Source: a virus
Taxonomy: Duplodnaviria > Caudoviricetes
IMG/VR virus record: IMGVR_UViG_3300047160_000603
Span: 5,126 to 69,125 of that record
DNA length: 64,000 bases
Reading direction: 5' to 3' (one strand)
The position numbers and the translations under genes were made by a program. Shown here piece after piece: positions 44,370-52,774 of this stretch. The notes beneath the pieces are model-generated. The model did not search any database. It had not been told where the DNA came from and saw only the letters and a program-made list of their open reading frames with translations. How positions within the stretch are numbered: the first letter of the stretch is position 1; the number at the start of each line of letters is the position of its first letter.

Positions 44370-44468
44370 GCGCGTCGTGTGTATGGGTTAGCACGGAGTG
44401 AAATATAGGGGGGACTGACGGGACCCTTTATATCTCCTCTGATAGGGTTCGAATCCCTAACGACGCGT
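44370..44468 (+). ncRNA. tRNA-like RNA with long extended anticodon-position helix
   Basis: GCGCGTCGT/ACGACGCGT acceptor, GTGT-ATGGGTTA-GCAC D arm, TAGGG-TTCGAAT-CCCTA T arm, GGAG/CTCC plus ATATAGGGGG/CCCTTTATAT helix. Confidence 0.7.
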
Positions 44469-44510
44469 TGTTACGTGTTCCAGTTTTCCTTAACTTCCTT
44501 GGAGGTACCC

Positions 44511-45170
44511 ATGTTCGCGTTTCGCGCAGCGAAGAGCCTCACGAAGAAGTCGGTCAAACCCACTCTGTTCCTTGCCACAGCGTTGTCATTGCTGTGGGTG
44601 GGCATTGATCTGTGTGATGGTGCAAGTGAGCGGTTCCACCACCGTGTGGAGCAAGCCCAAACAGAAGTATCCAAGCCAGTTACAGATATGACCGAGCAGG
44701 TAGCTGACGTCATGGTGAAATTCTGGCACAGCATCGAGAGCAACCCAGGACCGAGCATCCTGGCAGCCATACTGTTCGTCCTGACCATCGTCTACCACAA
44801 GATCAAGGGTCGTTCCACTGTTGCGGCTGTCAAAGCTGCCGTACTGCGTGAACCCCCCATCGAGCAGCCACTACCGAACCCAACGCTTGAACGTATCCAG
44901 CGTGACGTAATCGAGAACCAGATGCTGGAGACCTACGACAAATTGGAGAAGCGTCAGAAGGATCTGCCCTCCGAGATCGAGAATGCGGCAGCCCGCGTGC
45001 GTCAGGCAGATAGCCAGCGTGTTCGTACTGCAGAAACAGCAGACCGGGCAGCTAATGAGTTCGAGAAGGCCAAAGCCTACCACCAACGTCTCCTCAAGGA
45101 GCGCGAGGACGGTAGCAACCTAATGGCAGAGATCGAGCGTGAGCTTAACACTCGAGAAACCGCCACCTGA
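44511..45170 (+). CDS. Membrane protein with C-terminal coiled coil
   Basis: RBS GGAGG; two hydrophobic segments; charged helical tail. Confidence 0.65.
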   Translation: MFAFRAAKSLTKKSVKPTLFLATALSLLWVGIDLCDGASERFHHRVEQAQTEVSKPVTDMTEQVADVMVKFWHSIESNPGPSILAAILFVLTIVYHKIKGRSTVAAVKAAVLREPPIEQPLPNPTLERIQRDVIENQMLETYDKLEKRQKDLPSEIENAAARVRQADSQRVRTAETADRAANEFEKAKAYHQRLLKEREDGSNLMAEIERELNTRETAT

Positions 45171-45178
45171 TAACACCT

Positions 45179-45220
45179 ATCCGCGTCCTGGGGCTGGGGG
45201 TTCAATTCCCCCGCGCGGAT
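45179..45220 (+). ncRNA. tRNA minihelix (acceptor stem plus T arm)
   Basis: ATCCGCGT/GCGCGGAT stem, GGGGG-TTCAATT-CCCCC T arm, 9-nt connector. Confidence 0.55.
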
Positions 45221-45254
45221 CTGTCCCTACTACCTTCAACACTTGGAGATACCG

Positions 45255-45749
45255 ATGGCATTGCGTGGCAACAAGGTCGTCATTAGCAGTCCGCAGAATG
45301 GCAAGCAGCGTGCAGGCGTGCTCGGCGATACGTCCGCGGCTGGGACGTGTATGGAAATCCAGACTCCGTTCTATCAGGGCGGACAGCATCTGTACCGCGC
45401 ATTCCAGCCGGGTACTGACGGTTTGCGTCGGCAGGTGATTGTCCTGCTCGAAGACGACATCCAGGGCTTTGGCATCCTGAAATCTGATGGCACGCCGAAC
45501 GCTGGTGTCAGTGGCACGATGCGTCAGTTCTATTGGCCCGTCCCCGGTGACGAGATGAACATGCTGATCAAGGATATCGCTGGTACCGCGGACGACCACA
45601 CTGCCGGTGACCTACTGATCATCAATACTGGCACTGGCAAGCTGATCGCCAGCACTGGCAGCGAACAGAGTGATCCGTTCGTCCTGCTCGAGACCGTCAT
45701 TGACCCAACAGCGGATTTCTATAGTCCGTGCATGTTCACTGGGTACTAA
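45255..45749 (+). CDS. Probable head decoration protein
   Basis: Size and position directly before the MCP; PGDEMNML...GDLL...GTGKL. Confidence 0.55.
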   Translation: MALRGNKVVISSPQNGKQRAGVLGDTSAAGTCMEIQTPFYQGGQHLYRAFQPGTDGLRRQVIVLLEDDIQGFGILKSDGTPNAGVSGTMRQFYWPVPGDEMNMLIKDIAGTADDHTAGDLLIINTGTGKLIASTGSEQSDPFVLLETVIDPTADFYSPCMFTGY

Positions 45750-45756
45750 CCAACCT

Positions 45757-45787
45757 GCACACCAATAGCGGGGAACTGTTGGTGTGC
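45757..45787 (+). other. 12-bp intergenic hairpin before the MCP gene
   Basis: GCACACCAATAG-CGGGGAA-CTGTTGGTGTGC. Confidence 0.65.
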
Positions 45788-45826
45788 TTCACCTACCACA
45801 ATCACACTACAACGGGAGATCGAACA

Positions 45827-47053
45827 GTGTTCACAGACTTTGTACTCAATGGGGCTGGGCACGGCGAAGTCGGCGAGGTAATGAACCAAGTCGCCTTCGA
45901 TCCGGGCTGGCTCCAACCGTATGTCCGTGAGGATGGCGTTAAGTGCGTCACCATCAACGGCAAGAAAACCTACAACAAAGAACTCAAGCGGTTCGAGTTC
46001 GAACGCTGGGAATACCCACTCAATGCACTCCGCCAGATGGGTTACGACCTGCCTGTGTGGAACTCCACCATGCTCCGTAAGGAGGAATGGTTGGAGCTCG
46101 AGAAGCAGGTACTGGGTGCCGCGCAATTGCGTCTGCGTGCATGGGCTGACCTGAGTGGTGCCAACACGTTCGGAGGATTCGACGGCATGTCGAAGATGGT
46201 CCTCGAACACGAGACCGCGAACGATCCCGGCGAAGCGATGGTGGATATGGAAGGTGTGGCAGACGGGCGCAACGATGCTCCGCTCTACCAACTGGAAGGT
46301 CTGCCGCTACCCATCACCTACGCGAACTTCCACTTCAGTGCGCGTAAGCTCCGTATCAGTCGTGGTGGTAATACCCCGATTGACATGCAGATGGGTAAGG
46401 CTGCCGGTCGCCGTGTAGCCGAGATGGTCGAGAAGACTACCATTGGCGTTGAGACTGGGATCACCTACGGTGGTGCCAGTACCTACGTCGGTGGGTATGG
46501 TCGTAACAGTAAGGTCTACGGGTATCTGAACTTCCCGCAGCGATTACTGAAGAACAACATCGCGACGCCGACTGGCTCCAACCCGGAGAACACGGTCGCT
46601 GATGTGCTGGCAATGCGGGACCAGTTAACCGCAAGCAAGAAGTACGGTCCATGGATGATTTATCACAGCAACGACTGGGATAAGTACATGGACAACGACT
46701 ACGCATTCGTCAACGGCAGCAACTGGGCTACCACCCCCAGTAAGACGCTTCGTGAACGTCTGCGGCAGATCGACGGTGTCCAGGACGTTCGCCGTCTGGA
46801 CTACTTGCCTGCATCCGCCACGCAGTTCAGCGCGGCACCTGACCGCATCACAGTTGCCAACCCGTTCACGCTAATCATGGTCGAGCTGACTGACGAGACA
46901 GCTCGTGCAGTCAATGGTATGGACCTGACCGTGGTCCAGTGGGAAACGAAGGGTGGCATGATGCTGAACTTCAAGGTGATGTGCATCTGGGTCCCGCAAC
47001 TCCGTGCTGACTTCTACGGGCACTGCGGCATCCTGATCGGCACCACGTCGTGA
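45827..47053 (+). CDS. Major capsid protein (HK97 fold, Linocin-M18/encapsulin-like)
   Basis: EEW.ELEKQV..AA..RLR, PLPI...FHFSAR.L...R, AAGRRVAE..E, YGYLNFP; GTG start with RBS GGGAG. Confidence 0.8.
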   Translation: MFTDFVLNGAGHGEVGEVMNQVAFDPGWLQPYVREDGVKCVTINGKKTYNKELKRFEFERWEYPLNALRQMGYDLPVWNSTMLRKEEWLELEKQVLGAAQLRLRAWADLSGANTFGGFDGMSKMVLEHETANDPGEAMVDMEGVADGRNDAPLYQLEGLPLPITYANFHFSARKLRISRGGNTPIDMQMGKAAGRRVAEMVEKTTIGVETGITYGGASTYVGGYGRNSKVYGYLNFPQRLLKNNIATPTGSNPENTVADVLAMRDQLTASKKYGPWMIYHSNDWDKYMDNDYAFVNGSNWATTPSKTLRERLRQIDGVQDVRRLDYLPASATQFSAAPDRITVANPFTLIMVELTDETARAVNGMDLTVVQWETKGGMMLNFKVMCIWVPQLRADFYGHCGILIGTTS

Positions 47054-47060
47054 CCGTACA

Positions 47061-47122
47061 GGGTGGGGTAGCGACCGAGAGGACACGAGTTCGCGCATGG
47101 CTCGTCTGGTCCTACCCCACCC
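47061..47122 (+). other. Long stem-loop immediately after the MCP stop
   Basis: GGGTGGGGTAG/CTACCCCACCC plus GACC/GGTC plus ACGAG/CTCGT. Confidence 0.7.
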
Positions 47123-47163
47123 GCCTCCTTCTTACTCAACCCGCTAACCCCAAGGAGTTACCT

Positions 47164-47916
47164 GTGCTCAAGCCACTGTTCACAGCCTGCTTGCTTCTGG
47201 TGTGTGCCATGCTTTCTGCCACAGACACGGCACCGTTCATTGTCAGTGATAGCCCATCACCTGCCACTGGGTTCGTCGAGATCAAGTACGCACTGGCCGA
47301 GGGTGACACAGTCCAGTGGGAAGTGACGCCGAAGGCCACGTTCGTCAAGGATCATGTTGAGTATAACATTGTCAAGGATAAGGACGGGAAGGTCACCACG
47401 GTCACACCGGTGAATGCTGTGCTGCACTTCAACGGTCCGGCTGGCAACTACACCGTCACCGCGTTCGTTATCAACTTCGATAAGAAGACATTCGATCGTA
47501 AGTACCTTCAGCACACAGTTGGCGTACCTACACCACCCACGCCACCGACTCCCCCACAACCGGCACCACCGTTGCCGAGCGTGGACCTACAGAAGAAGAT
47601 CGCCGAGGCCTTCAATACTGACAAGGGTACGAAGGCAGACGCAGTACAACTATCTGCACTGTACAAACTCACTGCCAAGCTATGCAGCGACAGGAAGAAG
47701 GCACCCAGTAGCCGTGAGCTCCTCCGCCAAGTGCGTGAGGCGAGTGATGGGCTAATCGGTAATGACCAACTCGCTACAGTGCGTACCCTCGTGGCCGCAG
47801 AGCTTGCCACCATCTTCGGCAGCCCTACAGATACAGACCTTACTGACGTACAGCGCACCAGTGCCGCAGAACTATTCCTCAAGCTCGCAGCAGCCCTTGA
47901 CGCTCTGCTTGGCTAA
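47164..47916 (+). CDS. Exported protein: signal peptide, beta domain, Pro linker, helical domain
   Basis: VLKPLFTACLLLVCAMLSA signal-like start, RBS AAGGAG. Confidence 0.6.
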   Translation: MLKPLFTACLLLVCAMLSATDTAPFIVSDSPSPATGFVEIKYALAEGDTVQWEVTPKATFVKDHVEYNIVKDKDGKVTTVTPVNAVLHFNGPAGNYTVTAFVINFDKKTFDRKYLQHTVGVPTPPTPPTPPQPAPPLPSVDLQKKIAEAFNTDKGTKADAVQLSALYKLTAKLCSDRKKAPSSRELLRQVREASDGLIGNDQLATVRTLVAAELATIFGSPTDTDLTDVQRTSAAELFLKLAAALDALLG

Positions 47917-47944
47917 CACCTAACCTTCCTCCAGAGAGCCATAC

Positions 47945-49108
47945 ATGAGCAACGTACCTGATACTACGCCACAGTCCTGGATCCGACGCAACTGGATGTT
48001 CATTGCGTGGGTCGTTACGACGTTTATGGGGATCGTGGGTGGTATCGTTACCCACCAGACGTTTATCCCCCAGCCACCACCAACAATCGTCACGCTCGAG
48101 AAGCCCATACTCGTCCACGATAACAACGTCAACCTGGATGAATTCGGTAAGGGCTGGGTCGCGGACCACGACCAGATCAAGGATAACCTGGACCCGGAGA
48201 AGACGCTCCAGTTCAGCACCACCCCGGCAGGCAAGGCCATTCAAGCCGGTGATACAGATGTATACCTGTGGCAGATCGTACGCAAAGTCAACAACAAGGC
48301 TCCGCCGTGGTACCCGAACATCAATCAGGGTTCAGTAGGTTGCTGTGTGGGTGCCGGTACCAAGCATGCTTGCGATGTAGTGCAAGCAACAGCGATTGCC
48401 AGTGGGCAACAGTTCGAGTGGAAGCCTATCTGTGCAGAGGTGATCTACAGCGTTAGTCGTATCCAGGTCGGCAATAGTCAGATCCGCGGTGATGGGTCTA
48501 CCGGTCGCTGGGCAATGCAGGCTCTGCGGGATGTAGGTGCCTTCGTACCAATGGAGAAGATTGGCAGTTACGACCTGACATCCTTCAGTGCTGCACGTGC
48601 GCGGCAGTGGGGTAGTGGTAATGGTGTACCGAGCGATGTACTGGCGATTGGTAAGACGCACTTGGTTAAGGGTGCAGCACTGGTCACTAGCGCGGCTGAC
48701 GTGAAGAAAGCACTGAGTCAAGGCTACCCGATTAGCGTCTGTTCTAGCATCGGGTTTAACAACACGAACGGCACAGTGGGTACTCGTGACGCACAAGGGT
48801 TCATCAAACCTCGCGGCACGTGGCCTCACTGCATGTGTCTGATGGGTTGGCGGAATGGTGACCGACCGGGTGCATTCTGCTTGAATAGTTGGGGTGACAG
48901 CGCACATAGTGGACCTACGTTCCCGACTGATGCGCCTGTGGCAGGTTTCTGGATTGACGAGTCTGTCGTGGATCAGATGGTACGGCAAGGAGACTCATTT
49001 GCGTTATCGGACGTTCAGGGTTTCCCGGCTCGCAAACCGAAGCCAGATTGGTTTATCATGAACATTCCTGTTCAGCCGGAGAAAGCTGAGTTCGCTCTCG
49101 CTCCGTGA
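47945..49108 (+). CDS. Papain-like (C1) cysteine peptidase with N-terminal TM anchor
   Basis: NQGSVGCCVG (Gln/Cys), WPHCMCLMGW (His), LNSWG (Asn). Confidence 0.85.
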   Translation: MSNVPDTTPQSWIRRNWMFIAWVVTTFMGIVGGIVTHQTFIPQPPPTIVTLEKPILVHDNNVNLDEFGKGWVADHDQIKDNLDPEKTLQFSTTPAGKAIQAGDTDVYLWQIVRKVNNKAPPWYPNINQGSVGCCVGAGTKHACDVVQATAIASGQQFEWKPICAEVIYSVSRIQVGNSQIRGDGSTGRWAMQALRDVGAFVPMEKIGSYDLTSFSAARARQWGSGNGVPSDVLAIGKTHLVKGAALVTSAADVKKALSQGYPISVCSSIGFNNTNGTVGTRDAQGFIKPRGTWPHCMCLMGWRNGDRPGAFCLNSWGDSAHSGPTFPTDAPVAGFWIDESVVDQMVRQGDSFALSDVQGFPARKPKPDWFIMNIPVQPEKAEFALAP

Positions 49109-49156
49109 TGCGGCACTTCGCCACACCACAATACCCACTTGTCTGAGGATCCCGCG

Positions 49157-49618
49157 ATGAAGACGTTATTTGCAGTCTTTACAGCGTTCCTGCTGTGTAC
49201 GGCTGCCAGTGCTGGAGAACAGGGTCCAGTGATGAATGGTAAGTTGATCCACGTGAAGAAGGGTCCCTGCGCCAGCAAGACTACGTGCCCAAAAGAAGCT
49301 GAAGCACGTGCGAGGGCAGCGTTAGCACTGGCGCAGGCGAGCAAGCCTGTAGTCGCTACCGTACCGGAGAAGATCCAGGTCAACAAAGGTTGTCACTGCG
49401 GTGACTTCTGCGAGTGCCCGAAGGGTGTCTGCCCGGACTGTATTGAAGCGGGTACGGCACTGACGAAGGGTCTGGCCTTACCGAAGCCTATGCCGTCCGC
49501 GGCAGTCAAACCAGTAATCAGCTACATGCAGCAGGGAACTGCCATCTACGAGGTGACGCCTGCTGGTTACAAGTTCATCGGCTACTGCACCGGACAAGCG
49601 TGCTACACCAGTAAGTGA
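49157..49618 (+). CDS. Secreted Cys-rich protein
   Basis: MKTLFAVFTAFLLCTAASA signal; CHCGDFCECPKGVCPDC. Confidence 0.6.
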   Translation: MKTLFAVFTAFLLCTAASAGEQGPVMNGKLIHVKKGPCASKTTCPKEAEARARAALALAQASKPVVATVPEKIQVNKGCHCGDFCECPKGVCPDCIEAGTALTKGLALPKPMPSAAVKPVISYMQQGTAIYEVTPAGYKFIGYCTGQACYTSK

Positions 49619-49655
49619 CGATGATTAATAGTCACCGTGTGTGACTACAAGTCTG

Positions 49656-49745
49656 CCGTCCGGCGGGGACGGCTTGACTCCTTGCAAGCCGACTTCACTG
49701 TCCTTGCGGGAGGAATACCAGTGGAGTGCTCCGCCGGACGGTTTT
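49656..49745 (+). ncRNA. Three-way-junction structured RNA or cis-regulatory leader
   Basis: P1 CCGTCCGGCGG/CCGCCGGACGG, P2 GGCTTG/CAAGCC, P3 TTCACTG/CAGTGGA, then TTTT. Confidence 0.6.
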
Positions 49746-49773
49746 ACACCTGACTCCACACCAAGGAGATGCA

Positions 49774-50310
49774 ATGGCAGAAGCAGCCCCAACCTCGATT
49801 CCGGCTCCGGCACCCGTCGGCCAATACCGCAAGCCTCTCAGACCGTTACCCCCGATTGTGGGTAAGTTCCGGCTCCGGGAAAAGTGTGGCACGCTAGTGG
49901 AAGCAGGCGAGAACCAAGGTGTCCGCGGTTCCTACTACGTTGTCGGTGGTCAAGTGGTTGAAGGTCGCAGTGACCTCGCCAAGCGGTTCCCGGAGAAGTT
50001 CGATCGCGTTGACGACAGCAAGCGCGTTACGGCTCACTGGGTACCCAACGACGAAGACGGCACGCAAGGCACGGTTGCACCGTACAACACGGACTACGTA
50101 GAGCGTAAGGAAGTCACACCAGTCGCACCCAGCGCGCCGCAATCAAACAACCAAGCAGTCAACACATTCGAGACGTACCGCGAGATGACTATCGCCGAGC
50201 TGAAGCAGCAGGCAGTCGAGGACAGAGTGGATCTAGGTACGGCACGCACCAAGGACCAAATCCTTGATATGTTCCGCCAGCACCTCGGGCTCGTTGAAGA
50301 GGCGAAGTAA
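49774..50310 (+). CDS. Protein with C-terminal Rho-N/HeH-like helical domain
   Basis: EMTIAELKQQA...VDLGTARTKDQIL. Confidence 0.6.
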   Translation: MAEAAPTSIPAPAPVGQYRKPLRPLPPIVGKFRLREKCGTLVEAGENQGVRGSYYVVGGQVVEGRSDLAKRFPEKFDRVDDSKRVTAHWVPNDEDGTQGTVAPYNTDYVERKEVTPVAPSAPQSNNQAVNTFETYREMTIAELKQQAVEDRVDLGTARTKDQILDMFRQHLGLVEEAK

Positions 50311-50313
50311 CCC

Positions 50314-50745
50314 ATGTCATACGCCGACAGTGATCAAGTGATTAGCCTCCTATCACCGGGAGGCGACTACGATGGTGTAACAGATCTTACTCCGTTCATC
50401 AACACTGCCGACGTATGGATCCGAGCATTACTCAAGTGTGCCGCGATAAAGGGTCTAACACCGGACCCGGCTGACTTGGCGGTGATTGCCAACTGGCTAG
50501 CGGCACACGCCTACGTGATGAGTGACCAGACTTACACACAGAAACAGACAGACCGCGCTGCCGGGCAGTTTAAGAGCAGCGTGGGTCCACGATTCCAGTT
50601 GAGTAACTATGGTCAGACAGCTATGACTCTAGATAGTACCGGCTGCCTTGAAGTAATCAATCAGCCGCAGAAGAAGGTCGGAGGCTTCTGGGGTGGTAAG
50701 GTGCCGTGTGACCAGATCCCCTACTGGCAAAGGAAGACCAACTGA
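50314..50745 (+). CDS. Head-tail connector (DUF4054-like)
   Basis: WLAAH, LSNYGQ.A..LD; position after the capsid genes. Confidence 0.6.
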   Translation: MSYADSDQVISLLSPGGDYDGVTDLTPFINTADVWIRALLKCAAIKGLTPDPADLAVIANWLAAHAYVMSDQTYTQKQTDRAAGQFKSSVGPRFQLSNYGQTAMTLDSTGCLEVINQPQKKVGGFWGGKVPCDQIPYWQRKTN

Positions 50746-50906
50746 TGTCTTATGCAGACCTGCTGGTGCCTACCATGCTCGTGCTGACATTTACCGTACC
50801 CGTTGCCTACGATGCCCTGTACTACGTGTTGGATAGCATCGAACCGTACTTGCTACAGTTCGAATACAGGCTTCGCAGGGGTGTTACGGCAAAAACTCCC
50901 AACTAA
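50745..50906 (+). CDS. 53-aa hydrophobic ORF (not in the ORF track)
   Basis: TGATG coupling; MSYADLLVPTMLVLTFTVPVAYDALYYV... Confidence 0.35.
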   Translation: MSYADLLVPTMLVLTFTVPVAYDALYYVLDSIEPYLLQFEYRLRRGVTAKTPN

Positions 50907-50935
50907 CCGCCACGAAGGGCTATAAACGCTCGCTA

Positions 50936-50947
50936 GACGTCTTAAAA
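50936..50947 (+). promoter_or_regulatory. Representative copy of the GACGTCTTAAAA motif
   Basis: Also 1291-1302 and 28148-28159; variants at 39114 and 21754. Confidence 0.5.
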
Positions 50948-50957
50948 AGGGCTTTAT

Positions 50958-51368
50958 ATGCCACCCCCTGAAACGTTCCATCGTCACCAAACAGCGATTC
51001 TCTGGAGGAAGGTTGGGGATAATGCCCAAAACGAGCCAGTGCTGGCAGCCCCCATCGAGCTGACACCCACCAACGGTACCGGAGTGCGATGGGAAGCAGG
51101 CAGGCGGAACATGATGGATCCGCAAGGCAACCTGATCAACGTGGACGCAGTGGTAGTAGTAGCCGTTGATATACCGATAGGTAGCCAGATGTGGCTTGGT
51201 CGGTTAGAAGAGTTCTACGGTACCGGGACCGGTAGTACAGGTATAGATGATGAGGTGATGTGGGTCATACGCCAGATTAACGTACCTGACATCAAACACC
51301 GGGTTGCACGGCGTGAGGTGTGGCTCGCTAAGAGTCAGAATGGTCCTGGGCAAATAGCAGGAGGGTAG
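50958..51368 (+). CDS. Head closure/adaptor protein
   Basis: Synteny and size. Confidence 0.5.
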   Translation: MPPPETFHRHQTAILWRKVGDNAQNEPVLAAPIELTPTNGTGVRWEAGRRNMMDPQGNLINVDAVVVVAVDIPIGSQMWLGRLEEFYGTGTGSTGIDDEVMWVIRQINVPDIKHRVARREVWLAKSQNGPGQIAGG

Positions 51369-51369
51369 C

Positions 51370-51732
51370 GTGCCGGTAGATGGCCTGAAACAACTGACGC
51401 AACAGATACAGCTACGCATCCAGCAGGCGAAGAAGGCTGGTGTCAAGGCTGCTGTCGCCGTTGGCTATACGCAATACTACGCCATCTACGTCCACGAGAA
51501 CCTTACAGCCAATCACCCGAACGGCGGACAGGCGAAGTACCTGGAGATCCCATTCCGACAACTATCCGCGCAGGCTGCACAGTTCCTGACGGATGCTATG
51601 TCTAAGGGTGTCAGCCTACCAGATGCGTTGATGCTGTTGGGCTTACAGTTGCAACGTGAGAGTCAGCAACTTGTACCCGTAGACACTGGTGCCCTGCGTG
51701 CCAGTGCGTTCACTCGGTTGGAGAAGCTATGA
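51370..51732 (+). CDS. HK97 gp10-like tail completion protein
   Basis: YAIYVHE, GQAKYLE.P, VPVDTGALRASA. Confidence 0.75.
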   Translation: MPVDGLKQLTQQIQLRIQQAKKAGVKAAVAVGYTQYYAIYVHENLTANHPNGGQAKYLEIPFRQLSAQAAQFLTDAMSKGVSLPDALMLLGLQLQRESQQLVPVDTGALRASAFTRLEKL

Positions 51733-52196
51733 CACATAGCCCAGCAGATGTGACGCGGCAGCTACTCATTGATATCGGCCAGTGCAGCGACCTGGACACC
51801 AATGGACAAGCAACAGGAGATTGGCCAGTATTCGAGAGTGGTGAGCCAAACGCACCGGACAACATCGTGGTCGTAATGGACTACGAAGGACCGTACGAAG
51901 GTAGCACGCAGTACGACGGTGAGAGACAAGGCTTGGACGCTATCCAGATCAAGATACGTTCCAAGACCAAGCGCGTAGGTTACATGAAGGCCACCACCAT
52001 CGCTGACCTACTGAGCCTCAGCCCGCAAGTAGGCGGACAGGCTTATGAGCGTGGTGTAACAGTCGAAGACATTCGTTACATCGTACACGCATACTCAAGA
52101 ATCGGGAAGGTAATACCGCTGGGTAAGGAGTCCCCCACTTCCACTCGGCGGGTATTTGTCGTGAACGTGCTGGTAGGGATCCGTCAGTGCAACTAA
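51729..52196 (+). CDS. Tail terminator/minor tail protein
   Basis: Synteny; IQIKIRS, RRVFVVN. Confidence 0.55.
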   Translation: MTHSPADVTRQLLIDIGQCSDLDTNGQATGDWPVFESGEPNAPDNIVVVMDYEGPYEGSTQYDGERQGLDAIQIKIRSKTKRVGYMKATTIADLLSLSPQVGGQAYERGVTVEDIRYIVHAYSRIGKVIPLGKESPTSTRRVFVVNVLVGIRQCN

Positions 52197-52223
52197 CACT
52201 CAACACCAACGTGGGGGAACACC

Positions 52224-52712
52224 ATGCCACCGACAGTCGTAGCTCGTATGGACCCGATCGGGATTAAACTCCACGACGGGTACCAGATCCTAATCGCGTT
52301 CGCCAATAACCCGGCCATTGGGCTGTGGGAGAAGTCAGTTAAGCCACCGGGTCTGGATGGTGGTGAGAAGATCGACCAGACCACGATGCACAACACGGTC
52401 TGGATGACCGCTAGCCCACAATATCTCATCGGGCTTACGGACGGTACGAGCAAGGTCGCATACGATCCGGGCGCGTGGGACGACATCTTCGAGCAGGTGA
52501 ATGCCAACCAGTCCATCACGGTGCACTTCCCGGACGGCTCTGCACTGGCGTTCTTCGGTTACTTGAAGTCCTTCGAGCCAGATGACTTGGTGCGTGGCAC
52601 ACAGCCGGAAGCGACCATCACCGTCGTGGTCACCAACGTGGATCCGACAACGTGTGCTGAGTCTGGCCCGATCATGGTGCCGGGTAACGGTAGCTGCACC
52701 AACTTCACTTGA
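52224..52712 (+). CDS. Major tail (tube) protein
   Basis: IDQTTM, ITVHFPDGS..AF.GYL..FEP...G.QPEATITV. Confidence 0.75.
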   Translation: MPPTVVARMDPIGIKLHDGYQILIAFANNPAIGLWEKSVKPPGLDGGEKIDQTTMHNTVWMTASPQYLIGLTDGTSKVAYDPGAWDDIFEQVNANQSITVHFPDGSALAFFGYLKSFEPDDLVRGTQPEATITVVVTNVDPTTCAESGPIMVPGNGSCTNFT

Positions 52713-52774
52713 TAACTTCCTCCAGAGATCGCCCATGTGTTGACCATTAGTCGCCCATTTACAAGGAGCTCGGT

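Noticed and set aside
44370-44468. tRNA-Sec or tRNA-Pyl
   Set aside because: No UCA or CUA in a 7-nt loop, and no long variable arm
45179-45220. attL/attR duplication of a tRNA 3' end
   Set aside because: It is not a direct repeat of either tRNA-like RNA, and no integrase is seen
45827-47053. Encapsulin nanocompartment
   Set aside because: It sits among portal, protease, decoration and tail genes, so it is the phage capsid
50745-50759. MSYAD start shared by ORFs 50314 and 50745 as a duplication signal
   Set aside because: Only five codons match, with different synonymous bases; could be chance
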